IMG/VR virus record: IMGVR_UViG_2773857812_000003
Span: 17,913 to 81,912 of that record
DNA length: 64,000 nucleotides
Direction: 5' to 3' (one strand)
From: a virus
Taxonomy: Duplodnaviria; Caudoviricetes
Both the position numbers and the translations under genes were made by a program. The notes beneath the pieces are model-generated. The model did not search any database. It was given only the letters and a program-made list of their open reading frames with translations, and was not told the origin of the DNA. Below, piece after piece: positions 25,971 through 35,040 of this stretch (position 1 is its first letter; each line of letters opens with the position of its first letter).

Positions 25971-26717
25971 ATGTTTCATGCGATAAACGCAAGAAAAGCT
26001 AGGTTCGATCGGGTGATAGACGGCGTTGGAAAGCAGCCGCGCGAGGATTTGATAACCTCGGCGCTGTTTGGCACGATCCAGTTTCTTTCCGCACCTGCGC
26101 AGAAGTTGGCACTGAAGGCACTGATCGGTCAGGAATTGCGTGGTGACGCAGAAATCTTTCTCTGGCCGTATCTGAGGCACCCGGAAGAAAATGCAGAGCC
26201 GGATGTGGTCCTGAGAATTCGCACTGATGATGGCCCTGCCTATTGGATCGTGGAGGTGAAGTGGGGCGCACCTCTCGGTGATGAGCAAGTCGGTCGTGAA
26301 GTCCGGACACTTCGTGATGGCGAATGTCTCCGCGGCGGCCTGCCCGCTGAAAATCGGAACGTGATTGGCTATACTCTGCTCGGAGCGGAGATGAAGCATA
26401 CGGAAGCCATGCAGGTAGCCGAGGGAGAGTTTTCCAAACTGACATTCCATAGCCTGACATGGCCAGCGGTAACAGAGCGGCTGCGCCGTCTGTCCACCGA
26501 AAAAAATGACGATCCCGGATTGATTTCGTGGACCAGAACGGCTGAAGATTTTCTCAGGGGCACTCCGAAGGGAAGTGTGCTGGGATCATGGCCTCCTGAT
26601 ATCATGATGCCGCCGGCCGCAAGTTTTACTTTCGCAGCAGGCAGGCAGTTTGATCCCGGAAATGCGGTCGGATCAGTACCTGCAGCGCAATTCAATTTTA
26701 CCGAGAGGCACAAATGA
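25971..26717 (+). CDS. Putative PD-(D/E)XK nuclease-fold protein
   Basis: REDLITSALFG, EPDVVL, IVEVKW...EQV. Confidence 0.7.
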   Translation: MFHAINARKARFDRVIDGVGKQPREDLITSALFGTIQFLSAPAQKLALKALIGQELRGDAEIFLWPYLRHPEENAEPDVVLRIRTDDGPAYWIVEVKWGAPLGDEQVGREVRTLRDGECLRGGLPAENRNVIGYTLLGAEMKHTEAMQVAEGEFSKLTFHSLTWPAVTERLRRLSTEKNDDPGLISWTRTAEDFLRGTPKGSVLGSWPPDIMMPPAASFTFAAGRQFDPGNAVGSVPAAQFNFTERHK

Positions 26718-27301
26718 CCACTGACGAAGCCATCTGGCAATCTGCCCAGAATCTGTTGAGATCTTCCGAAAACCTCGACAAGCTCTGCGAGGCATTCAGT
26801 GTGATCGAATGCGACGAGAAGAAACTTGTTATAGAGCATTCTGATGAAGGTTCTCAGGATAGTGGATGGATATATCCGGTCTGGGAGGCTTATTACAAAG
26901 TCAGGCAGGCACCCAACGGGAAAAAGAAGGATGTCGGTTGGATAACTCTGGCCATCCAGCTTACCTGCGACGTTGGCGTTGAGGGCGACTGGCAACACGG
27001 AAAACGCGCCAAGGTTCTTGCGGCGTATGCGCCGTCCAGAGATTTTGAGGACGCATGGGGGTTTGATAGCGAAGGCCCCAACTCGTCAGGCTATATCGAG
27101 GAGTGCGTCACCGACGAGTATCGCTGGCTTCACTCAGACGAGGTAAGCTGGCTTTTCGCAGTTCCCCTTGATGCCCTGATCAGCACGGATGATGTGGAAA
27201 AATATATTACCACGCCGATGCGGCGACTTGTGGAAGGCGAAAACCCTGTTGAGGTGCTTGGAGCGATTCGCGAAAAGCTGTGTCTGCCGCCGCGCCCCTA
27301 A
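26714..27301 (+). CDS. Hypothetical acidic protein coupled to the nuclease gene
   Basis: ATGA overlap; GAGG RBS; AT-richer codons. Confidence 0.8.
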   Translation: MTTDEAIWQSAQNLLRSSENLDKLCEAFSVIECDEKKLVIEHSDEGSQDSGWIYPVWEAYYKVRQAPNGKKKDVGWITLAIQLTCDVGVEGDWQHGKRAKVLAAYAPSRDFEDAWGFDSEGPNSSGYIEECVTDEYRWLHSDEVSWLFAVPLDALISTDDVEKYITTPMRRLVEGENPVEVLGAIREKLCLPPRP

Positions 27302-27435
27302 GCTATCGTCGCCGGATCGGGACATCGCGCCCGGTCCGGCAGACGACAGCCTGATCTGTGTCCGGTTTCGCGATTTGATTTCTGGTTCCAATTTCTTCGC
27401 CCCTCGCAGCCCTTTTTGCTGCTAACATAGGTCGA

Positions 27436-27996
27436 TCATTCTGCGACCGTCTCCACACCCTCAGCCATCTGATGCAAACGAGACGGAGGCAGCATCAATG
27501 CCTCCAACTCTGCCTGATCCGGGGTGACCGGCGCAAAATCCCACTGATCAACGCCGACATTCACCTGACCCTCGGCACCGCGCCAGCGGGTGTGGACATG
27601 ACCGAAAAGCTGGATCGCTCCGGCCCGCGCGCCGTTCCAGGTGACCAGCGGATAGTGGCACAGGACAAAGCGGCGCTCTCCGATGCCTATCTCGACCAGA
27701 TCGTGAACCGATGCCCATGGCAGCGCGCGAACCAGCCAGTCGGGATCGTGATTGCCGCGCACCAGATGTTTCCGCCCCGGCAGCGCGGCAAAACCCGCCT
27801 GCGCGGCCATGCGTCCGGCGTCGGACTCGCAGGCGGCGAAGTCTCCGATGATCCACAGGTCGTCATCGGGTCCAACCACGCCGGCACGAGCAATCATCGC
27901 GGCGTCCATCGCCTCAACCGAGGCAAAGGGCCGGTCGAAGAAGCGCCGCACCGGGTCATCCGCGAAATGGGTGTCGGCAGTGAAGAAATGGGCCAT
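27436..27996 (-). CDS. Calcineurin-like metallophosphoesterase
   Basis: DTHF, IGDF, GNHD, HYP, GHVH; AAGGAG RBS before ATG 27996. Confidence 0.9.
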   Translation of the reverse strand: MAHFFTADTHFADDPVRRFFDRPFASVEAMDAAMIARAGVVGPDDDLWIIGDFAACESDAGRMAAQAGFAALPGRKHLVRGNHDPDWLVRALPWASVHDLVEIGIGERRFVLCHYPLVTWNGARAGAIQLFGHVHTRWRGAEGQVNVGVDQWDFAPVTPDQAELEALMLPPSRLHQMAEGVETVAE

Positions 27997-28326
27997 GCGT
28001 TCTCCTTGGGGCAGGGCGGGGTGGCGTAGGTACGGTAACCTGCATCGGGGGCGTTGCCATGCCAAGATGAGGTCGTAATGCACCCGTTTCCTGCGCCAAG
28101 GAGGTTATGGCGCTTTGAGCGTGCAGGAAACCGCATAGGCCCCGTTCTCCTGATGTGCACAATTGTGCTCATCTCGCCGTGGGACAGACCGGAGCTTGCC
28201 GTGCGATGATCCCTGCGCAGCGAATCCCTGCCGCTTTTTGAAACTGTGAATCCGTGAACCGGGCCGGGCATGGTGCTGCGGTCGAGGCGTCTGGTGCTTC
28301 TCGCATGGCAATGCCCGGCCCGGTAT

Positions 28327-28545
28327 TCACCTGCAGGCCCGCGCCTGATCGCGCAGGACGGCGTAATCGCTCATCATCCGCACCAGCACGGCTTCTTCCG
28401 GCATCGCCTCGACCTCGACCGCAGCGCGGGTCTGCTCGGCGGTGCTGTATTCCACCACCGGCGGGCAAGGGGCACTGTCAGAACCTGCCGTCGCGCAGCC
28501 GCTCAGCCAGAGCATCGCGATCAGGGGGGCGGCGGCTGGCGGCAT
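28327..28545 (-). CDS. o-spanin-like lipoprotein (Rz1-like); start uncertain
   Basis: Lipobox LSGC and CPP; overlaps the upstream TM gene. Confidence 0.7.
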   Translation of the reverse strand: MPPAAAPLIAMLWLSGCATAGSDSAPCPPVVEYSTAEQTRAAVEVEAMPEEAVLVRMMSDYAVLRDQARACR

Positions 28546-28723
28546 CGAGCATCTGGCGGTGGATGGCATGGTTTCTCTCTCTGGCTTCAAGGCGTTCGGC
28601 GGCGCGCCCGGCACGCTCCCCGGCGCGGCGCAGATTCAGCAGGAACAGCAGGGTCGTCGCCGCTCCGAGGATCAGGCCCAGCGCCTTGCGCGCCGGGCCG
28701 CGGGTGAAGAGCCAGCCGATCAT
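28478..28723 (-). CDS. i-spanin-like protein (Rz-like)
   Basis: N-terminal TM and coiled region; follows the endolysin. Confidence 0.7.
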   Translation of the reverse strand: MIGWLFTRGPARKALGLILGAATTLLFLLNLRRAGERAGRAAERLEARERNHAIHRQMLDAASRRPPDRDALAERLRDGRF

Positions 28724-29388
28724 CTCTGGCCCCGCTTCCAGTCGTCCAGCCGGGCGTAGATCGTCACGGCGATTCCCGCCAAAGCGAGGACGACGAAGAT
28801 CCAGCGCAGGCCGTCGAGATAGGGCAGCAGCGGCAGGATCGCGCCCTGCGCCTCGGCCAGCGCGGATTGCACCACCTCGACGCCGGCCGCGCCGATGGTG
28901 CCGACGCCAGCCGCGCCGCTGCCCTTCAGGGTGCGGCTGTCGGCCAGATGCTCGCGGGCCGGGGGCTGGTCGGGCGCGAAGCTGCTCGCCCGCGCCGGGA
29001 AGGACTCGCCCCAGCTCCGCGCAGGACCAGTGTCGATATGGATGAAGTTTGAGCGCGGATAGGTGCCGATGCCCTTGAACCCCGCCTTGCGGGCGGCGGC
29101 GATGAAGGCGGCGGGATCGTGGTTCGCCATCGAGATGTCGAAGGCGGTGCCTTCAAGATGCTTCGAGGCCTTCGCGCCGCCGACATTGCGGTTATGCTCC
29201 GGGCTGCGATAGGCCGAATTCACGATCAGCGGCTTGCCGAGCGTCACGCGCAGTTCCTGCAGCCGGTTCAGTGCATCCTCGTTGACCAGCAGCTTGCCGG
29301 TGCCGCGGCAGGCGATCTCGGCGGGCGAGAAGTTCGGCCAGTGCCAAGCCGTCGCCGGCAGGTTCCGCCAGTGTTGATAAAACGTCAT
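28720..29388 (-). CDS. Endolysin, peptidase M15A family, with hydrophobic C-terminus
   Basis: SAYRS..HN..VGGA..SKH..G.AFDI and FIHID. Confidence 0.88.
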   Translation of the reverse strand: MTFYQHWRNLPATAWHWPNFSPAEIACRGTGKLLVNEDALNRLQELRVTLGKPLIVNSAYRSPEHNRNVGGAKASKHLEGTAFDISMANHDPAAFIAAARKAGFKGIGTYPRSNFIHIDTGPARSWGESFPARASSFAPDQPPAREHLADSRTLKGSGAAGVGTIGAAGVEVVQSALAEAQGAILPLLPYLDGLRWIFVVLALAGIAVTIYARLDDWKRGQR

Positions 29389-29403
29389 GGGTCTCTCCAA
29401 TGC

Positions 29404-29428
29404 AAAAAACCCCACCGAATTGGCGGGG
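29404..29428 (-). terminator. Intrinsic terminator between the holin-like gene and the endolysin
   Basis: Minus strand CCCCGCCAATTCGGTGGGG followed by TTTTTT. Confidence 0.65.
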
Positions 29429-29457
29429 CGGGTGGGGATGCTTGGCTGGTTGGGCGG

Positions 29458-29712
29458 TCAGTCGCGGGCGGGTCCGCTGCGTTCCAGCAGGCGTTTGATG
29501 TCGGCGCGCATCTCGCGCAGCATCTCGTTCTGTTCCTTGCGGGTCTCGGAGATCGCCTGGCGGTCGGCGTCGAGCTGTTTTTCCAGCCGTTCGACCTCGC
29601 GCAGCGCGGTTTTGGAGGCGCCTTCGAGGCGGATCAGCCACACGCCCAGCCCGGTTGCCGCCATGATCGCGCCCCACCATTCGCGGATCGTGTCCATGAA
29701 ATTTTCTCCCAT
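29458..29712 (-). CDS. Holin-like single-TM coiled-coil protein
   Basis: WWGAIMAATGLGVWLIRLE then coiled coil; upstream of the endolysin. Confidence 0.65.
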   Translation of the reverse strand: MGENFMDTIREWWGAIMAATGLGVWLIRLEGASKTALREVERLEKQLDADRQAISETRKEQNEMLREMRADIKRLLERSGPARD

Positions 29713-29716
29713 GGGT

Positions 29717-30460
29717 TCAGCCCGGCGCGCCGCAGATCAGGTAATGGATGGCAATGCGCACCGCGCCGCCGGCAAAGTTTCCGCCATTGGCGGTGAGGCG
29801 CACGGGCGTGTCGGCATAGAAGGCCGTCGGGCCGATGACGCCGATATTGCTGCTGCCCACGGCCACGCCGAGCGAGCCGCCGAACTTCGAGGGCTCGCCG
29901 TTGACGCCGCAGTCGAAGGAGCTTGCGCCCAGCACCGCGGTCACGGTTCGTGCGGAAACGCCGAGCACGATGGCGCGGTTGGGGATGGCGATGGTGCTGT
30001 CGACCGAGGCACCGGAAAGCCCCGTGACGGTTTCTTCACGCACTGCGATACCAGTGGTTGCGCCATTTGCCTCCCGCGCCACCGCGACGGCCGCGGCCTG
30101 CGCGATGAAGCCCATGGCATCCACAACCGGGATCCACGCCGATCCGGTCCAGACGATGGCCTGCGCCTCGTCCTCGATCCAGGCCATCCAGCCGGCGCTC
30201 GGCAGGATCCGCATCCAGGCGCCGTCGATCCAGTAGGCGATGGACCCCGCCCAGCCTGACCACGCACCACCCGCGCCGCTGGCGGGGATATAGCGGTCGC
30301 CTTCGGCCGGGCTGGCTGGCGGCGTGGTCAGGTCGCGATCGAGGATCGCCAGCTGGACGATGCCGTCGAGCATGCGCAGCGCCTCGTTCAGGGTGACGTG
30401 CTTTTGCGCCTGTGCGGCCATGATGAAGGGCAGCGCCAGATGCGCTGTGGTCTCGGACAT
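29717..30460 (-). CDS. DUF2793-like tail fibre/spike protein
   Basis: LALPFIMAAQAQKHVTLNEALRMLD and PPASPAEGDRYI. Confidence 0.85.
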   Translation of the reverse strand: MSETTAHLALPFIMAAQAQKHVTLNEALRMLDGIVQLAILDRDLTTPPASPAEGDRYIPASGAGGAWSGWAGSIAYWIDGAWMRILPSAGWMAWIEDEAQAIVWTGSAWIPVVDAMGFIAQAAAVAVAREANGATTGIAVREETVTGLSGASVDSTIAIPNRAIVLGVSARTVTAVLGASSFDCGVNGEPSKFGGSLGVAVGSSNIGVIGPTAFYADTPVRLTANGGNFAGGAVRIAIHYLICGAPG

Positions 30461-30474
30461 GGGTGGTCTCCTGA

Positions 30475-33400
30475 TCAGAACCAGAGGGTGGTGATGGGGG
30501 CAGCCCCGGCGCCGAATGCCTGCCCGATCTGAACAATGCGGACATCGAGTGAGGCACCCGGCCCGAGCGGCGCGCCCCAATCGGTGATCTGCTGGGCAGC
30601 GGTGTAGACGGCGCTCGCTGTCGCAACGGTCAAGGATCTCTTGACGGTTGCCCCGTCGAGGATCTCGACCCGCCAGGACTCGCTGGCCTCGGTCATCGGC
30701 ACCTCGGCGGCGTTCCAGCTATCGGCGGCCAGGGAACGGTCGCGACGCACCCAGCTTATGGTCAGATCGCCGGGGCTGCGCGCGCGCCGCCACGGCTGCT
30801 CGACATGCACGGGCGCGAAGGGCCGCAGCCCGATGCCGCGCGGCGTGAAGGTCAGCGCGGCGAAGCTGTCGTCGCTGACCGGACGGCCGGCCGGGCCGAT
30901 GCGCCAGTTCCACGGCAGGCCCAGATCGGCCTCGGCGACAGGAAGCTCCGCCAGCGCCGTATCCAGCACCACCACCCGCGCGCCCTCGGGCACCATGGCG
31001 GCCATGTCGACATCCGTGCCGCGCTGACCACGCAGCAGGCGCGACAGCCGATAGCGGCCGGGGGCGATCAGTTCGGCGGTGCCGAATTGCAGGATCTCCC
31101 AGCCGCCGTGCGGCTGCGCGACCGCGATCGTGTTCTCGCCGCCGAACAGGCGCAGGTTGGTGACGCTCTCGAGGGTTCCTGACAGCAGGTCGAGATAGAC
31201 CGAATTGCCGTAATCGAAGCGCGAGCCGGGGCCGGCATGGAGGTCGGCCACCAGAACGCCCATCCGCGCCCGGGCGCTGAATGTGGTCAGCAGGTCGAAC
31301 CCATCCTGATCGGGGCTGCGGAACACCGCCATCCGGCCGGGCCATGGTCGGGCATGGGCGGCGATCAATGGACGATGCGCGACATGATCCTCGGTCAGCT
31401 GCGGCAGGTCGAGGATCACCGCCAGCGGCGCCCCGAACACCACCGGCTGCGTCAGCGATGCCGGGGGCGGCGTGCCGGGCGGCAGGTCATGGGCGTCCCG
31501 GTCCTGACGGATGGTTGTGAGGCCGCGCGCCTCGGCGTCGGCGATGGACAGGATCCGCAGCTCCGCGCGCCTTCCATCGTGGTCGAGCGCGATCACGTCG
31601 CTCGGATCCAGCGCCAGCCGCGATGGCGGCAGGCGGAAGGCGGCGGTTTCGCGCCCCACCCATGCTTCCATCAGCGCCCGGCGGCAGCGGCGGTCGGCTT
31701 CCTCGGGCGGCACCGCCACGGCGAAGCTGTCGGAGGCGACGCGCGTGGCGTCCACGGTGATGCGCCGCGCCTCGACGGTGATCGCGTCATAATCCTCGTC
31801 TGCGCGCGCGACTTGCCATTTCAGCGCCTGCGGCAGCTCAGACTCCTGGCCGCGCGTCAGTTCCATCACCTCGCCCGCGCCGCTGGCCACCATGTTGTCG
31901 GGCGCAATAGTCGCGACCGGGCTGCGGCCCCGCATCACGAAGCGGATGCGGCCTTCGCTCTCGACCGCATCGAAGCCGAAATGCCGCGCCAGCATGGTGA
32001 TCGAGGTCCGCGGCGATTCCAGCGCCGAAATCACATAGCCTTCGACAGCCCCGGTCAGGCCGGAGGTGTCGATCCATTCCGGCCGAAGCCCCGCCCGCAG
32101 GCAGAGGTTCCGAACCAGCGCCGCCAGCGAGACCGCGCCCAGCCGCCCGGTCAGCCAGTGCCCGAGGCGCCAGTTGCCGCCGTCCGACCACAGATCGGAA
32201 AGCTCGGGGAAGAACGGATAGGGTCGGGCATCCCAGGTCCAGGCCGCGCTGTTCGCGATATCGACCATGCGCCCGCCATATTCGGTCGAGATCGGGTTGT
32301 TCGCTGGATCGCGCCAGAACAGATATGTTGCTTCCAGATAGGCCCGCTGGATGGCGTCGTCGCGCCAGCCGCGCGAAAAGTGGGGAAAGAAGCTCTCCGA
32401 GGATTTCGGGTCGTGAAACACGTTCGGCTGGTTGGTGCCGCGATCCACGGCCGGGCAGCCGAGTTCGGTGAAGCGGATCGGCTTCGATTGCGGGATCCAT
32501 GCGGTCGACGATAATGCCGGAACTCCGCCGGGGCGGTTGCGGTGCTGATTGGACCACCATGCGTGGAGATCCTTGGTGCGGAAAATCCATGGCTCGGTTG
32601 TTCCGGGCGGGATATCCATTGTGGCAGGGATTTCCACCGACCAGATCCGCAGATTGCTGACCAGTGACCCTGCCCATGGGCTGCTTGTCGTCAGCGCGCC
32701 ACCCGGCACGGGGCCATTCGCGACCCCGTAGCCGCAGGCGGAATTCGCACCCCACAAGCCCGATACCGGCCCGCCGAAACCGACCCTGTCGCCCACCAGA
32801 CCATCGACGGCGAACCACAATTCGCCGGTTTCCTGATCGAAAACCGTGATCAGATCGACCGTCCGCCCGGCAAGGGGAGCGGCGGAGACTTGCGCGACAC
32901 GGATCCGGTTCGTGGAGGGAAGCACGGCATTATGCTGGAAGAACAGGCGAAGATACCCGTCCATCAGACCGAACCACATCCCGCTCAGGCCGTTGCTGAT
33001 CTCGTAGATCAGGCCGTCGGACAGGGTGGCCGGAATCTGTACCGTGCAGGCATGGGTGATGCTGTTGCTGCGCACCAGAACGGTGGTCGCAAAGGCCGAG
33101 CCGGGCGCAATATTGTAGTTCGGCGCGCTGCCCGGCATCGTGTCGATCACCTCGCCACCGGGACGGGGCGTGATGCTGTCCACGATCGGGGTTCTGTTCT
33201 GCACGATCCGGTCGACCTCGCTGGCATAGAACCAGTCGAAGCCTTCTCCTCCGGCGACGTTCGATTGCAGATAGGCGCGGTCATGGATCGAGGGCCAGAC
33301 CTGCGCGTCGAGATGGTCCCGGCCGTCGCGCCAGTCCGAGAGCGGCATGTAATTGTCGATGCCGATGAAATCGACATTGGCATCTGACCAGAGCGGATCG

Positions 33401-35037
33401 AGGTGAAAGAACACGTCACCACTGCCGTCGCTCGGGTGGTGCCCGAAATATTCCGACCAGTCGGCGGCATAGCTGATCTTCGTGGCGGGCCCGAGGATCG
33501 CGCGCACGGCCGCGGCGAGATCGCGCAATGCCTGCACGGCCGGATAGCTCGCTGCCCCCGACCTGATCTGCGTCAGCCCGCGCATTTCCGAGCCGATCAG
33601 GAAGGTGTCGACGCCGCCGGCCGCCGCGCAGAGATGGGCGTAATGCAGGATCATGCGCCTGAAGCCCCAATCCGGGCCGCCGGTCCAGGTCACGCTGTCG
33701 CCCGATACGGCGAAATCCGAGGGCTGAGCGTCGCCGAAGAACGCTGTGACCTGCTCAGCGGTGGCACCGGTCTTGTCCACAGTGCCGGCGAAACCTGCCG
33801 CAGGCGAGCAGGTGATGCGCCCGCGCCACGGCAGCACCGGCTGGCCGATGCTGGCGGCATCATCGGAATACGGGTCGGGCAGGCTGTTACCGGCCGGAAT
33901 GTCCATCATCACGAACGGATAGAAGGTCACCTTCAGCCCGCGCGCCTTCATCTCGCGGATGGCCTGCACGACCGAGAAATCCGCTGGCGTGCCGCCATAG
34001 ACGGGACGACCTTGATCGTCCTGGCTGACCACCAGCGCCTGCGATCGGGTGACGCCGTTCACGCGCCATTCCGGCACCGTCGTCTTTTCTGCCATCTCGA
34101 CCTTGGGTCGGATCGTGCATTGCCCGGCGCGCAGATCGTCACCGAACCACGAGACCACCAGCGAGGCACTCGTGACCGAAGGCACCATCGCCTCGAGCCG
34201 GTCTAGAGAAACCAGCATGTCAGGCGTCTCGGGCAGCGCATGGACATTTTCCGCGACGGACGTGCCGCCGACGATCTGCCCGCCGCTGCCCCAACTCGTG
34301 CGACCGCCTTCGGTCCTGCGCACGATCTCGGTCGCATAGGCCCATTCGCCCGAGGCGGGGATGATGGTCACCGCCTCGACCAGCCCCTCGGCGGTGTCGG
34401 GATCATCAAGCGGGCGGAACACCTCGAAGGACAGCTGCGGCAGGCGGTTGCCGAAATCGCTGAGCAGTAGGTCCTCGAACACCACATAGGCGGTGCCGCG
34501 ATAGGCCGGTGTCTGCGAGTTGCCCATCTTCGCGGCAATGAACGGGTCGGCCCCTTGCACCTCGTCGCCCGGATACCAGCGCAGGGTGATCGCGGAGGTG
34601 TCGAGTGGCTTGCCATCAGCCCAGATGCGCCCGATGCCGGTGATCGGCCCCTCGCACAAGGCCACCGCGAATGAGGCGAAATAGCTGTATTCGGTGCTGG
34701 TGACGCTCGGCCCGCCGCCTTTGCCGCCGCCTTGGCGGGTGGTGTTCACCTCCTCGCGGAAATCGGTGGCCCAGATGATATTGCCGCCGATGCGCATCCG
34801 GCCATGGAGGCGCGGGATCACCACGCCCTCGGTCGCCGAGGTGACGCGCAGGCTGTCCATGCGCGCGCCTTCGATGCGCTGACCCGGCATCATCGACGAG
34901 ACGATCCAGCTATCGACCATCGAGCCGATGCCGGAGCCGATCATCCCGCCGATGGCTGCGCTGGAGAGGCCGAGGATGGTGCCGCCGAAGCCGCCGCCGA
35001 TGGCGGTGCCGACCGCGCCGAGAACAATTGTCGCCAT
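30475..35037 (-). CDS. Baseplate multidomain host-specificity protein (RcGTA g15/megatron-like, TIM-barrel)
   Basis: RIWADGK, FYPFVMMD, SYAADWSEY, IDNYMPLSDWRDG, WTWDARP, LRGQRGT. Confidence 0.92.
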   Translation of the reverse strand: MATIVLGAVGTAIGGGFGGTILGLSSAAIGGMIGSGIGSMVDSWIVSSMMPGQRIEGARMDSLRVTSATEGVVIPRLHGRMRIGGNIIWATDFREEVNTTRQGGGKGGGPSVTSTEYSYFASFAVALCEGPITGIGRIWADGKPLDTSAITLRWYPGDEVQGADPFIAAKMGNSQTPAYRGTAYVVFEDLLLSDFGNRLPQLSFEVFRPLDDPDTAEGLVEAVTIIPASGEWAYATEIVRRTEGGRTSWGSGGQIVGGTSVAENVHALPETPDMLVSLDRLEAMVPSVTSASLVVSWFGDDLRAGQCTIRPKVEMAEKTTVPEWRVNGVTRSQALVVSQDDQGRPVYGGTPADFSVVQAIREMKARGLKVTFYPFVMMDIPAGNSLPDPYSDDAASIGQPVLPWRGRITCSPAAGFAGTVDKTGATAEQVTAFFGDAQPSDFAVSGDSVTWTGGPDWGFRRMILHYAHLCAAAGGVDTFLIGSEMRGLTQIRSGAASYPAVQALRDLAAAVRAILGPATKISYAADWSEYFGHHPSDGSGDVFFHLDPLWSDANVDFIGIDNYMPLSDWRDGRDHLDAQVWPSIHDRAYLQSNVAGGEGFDWFYASEVDRIVQNRTPIVDSITPRPGGEVIDTMPGSAPNYNIAPGSAFATTVLVRSNSITHACTVQIPATLSDGLIYEISNGLSGMWFGLMDGYLRLFFQHNAVLPSTNRIRVAQVSAAPLAGRTVDLITVFDQETGELWFAVDGLVGDRVGFGGPVSGLWGANSACGYGVANGPVPGGALTTSSPWAGSLVSNLRIWSVEIPATMDIPPGTTEPWIFRTKDLHAWWSNQHRNRPGGVPALSSTAWIPQSKPIRFTELGCPAVDRGTNQPNVFHDPKSSESFFPHFSRGWRDDAIQRAYLEATYLFWRDPANNPISTEYGGRMVDIANSAAWTWDARPYPFFPELSDLWSDGGNWRLGHWLTGRLGAVSLAALVRNLCLRAGLRPEWIDTSGLTGAVEGYVISALESPRTSITMLARHFGFDAVESEGRIRFVMRGRSPVATIAPDNMVASGAGEVMELTRGQESELPQALKWQVARADEDYDAITVEARRITVDATRVASDSFAVAVPPEEADRRCRRALMEAWVGRETAAFRLPPSRLALDPSDVIALDHDGRRAELRILSIADAEARGLTTIRQDRDAHDLPPGTPPPASLTQPVVFGAPLAVILDLPQLTEDHVAHRPLIAAHARPWPGRMAVFRSPDQDGFDLLTTFSARARMGVLVADLHAGPGSRFDYGNSVYLDLLSGTLESVTNLRLFGGENTIAVAQPHGGWEILQFGTAELIAPGRYRLSRLLRGQRGTDVDMAAMVPEGARVVVLDTALAELPVAEADLGLPWNWRIGPAGRPVSDDSFAALTFTPRGIGLRPFAPVHVEQPWRRARSPGDLTISWVRRDRSLAADSWNAAEVPMTEASESWRVEILDGATVKRSLTVATASAVYTAAQQITDWGAPLGPGASLDVRIVQIGQAFGAGAAPITTLWF

Positions 35038-35040
35038 GGA

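Noticed and set aside
28098-28118. Plus-strand AAGGAGG followed by mini-ORF ATG GCG CTT TGA
   Set aside because: SD-to-ATG spacing is only 2 nt; better explained as the minus-strand anti-SD.
32605-33177. Intein or diversity-generating retroelement target in the tail protein
   Set aside because: No C/S...HN splice motifs, and no reverse transcriptase or template repeat seen in the window.
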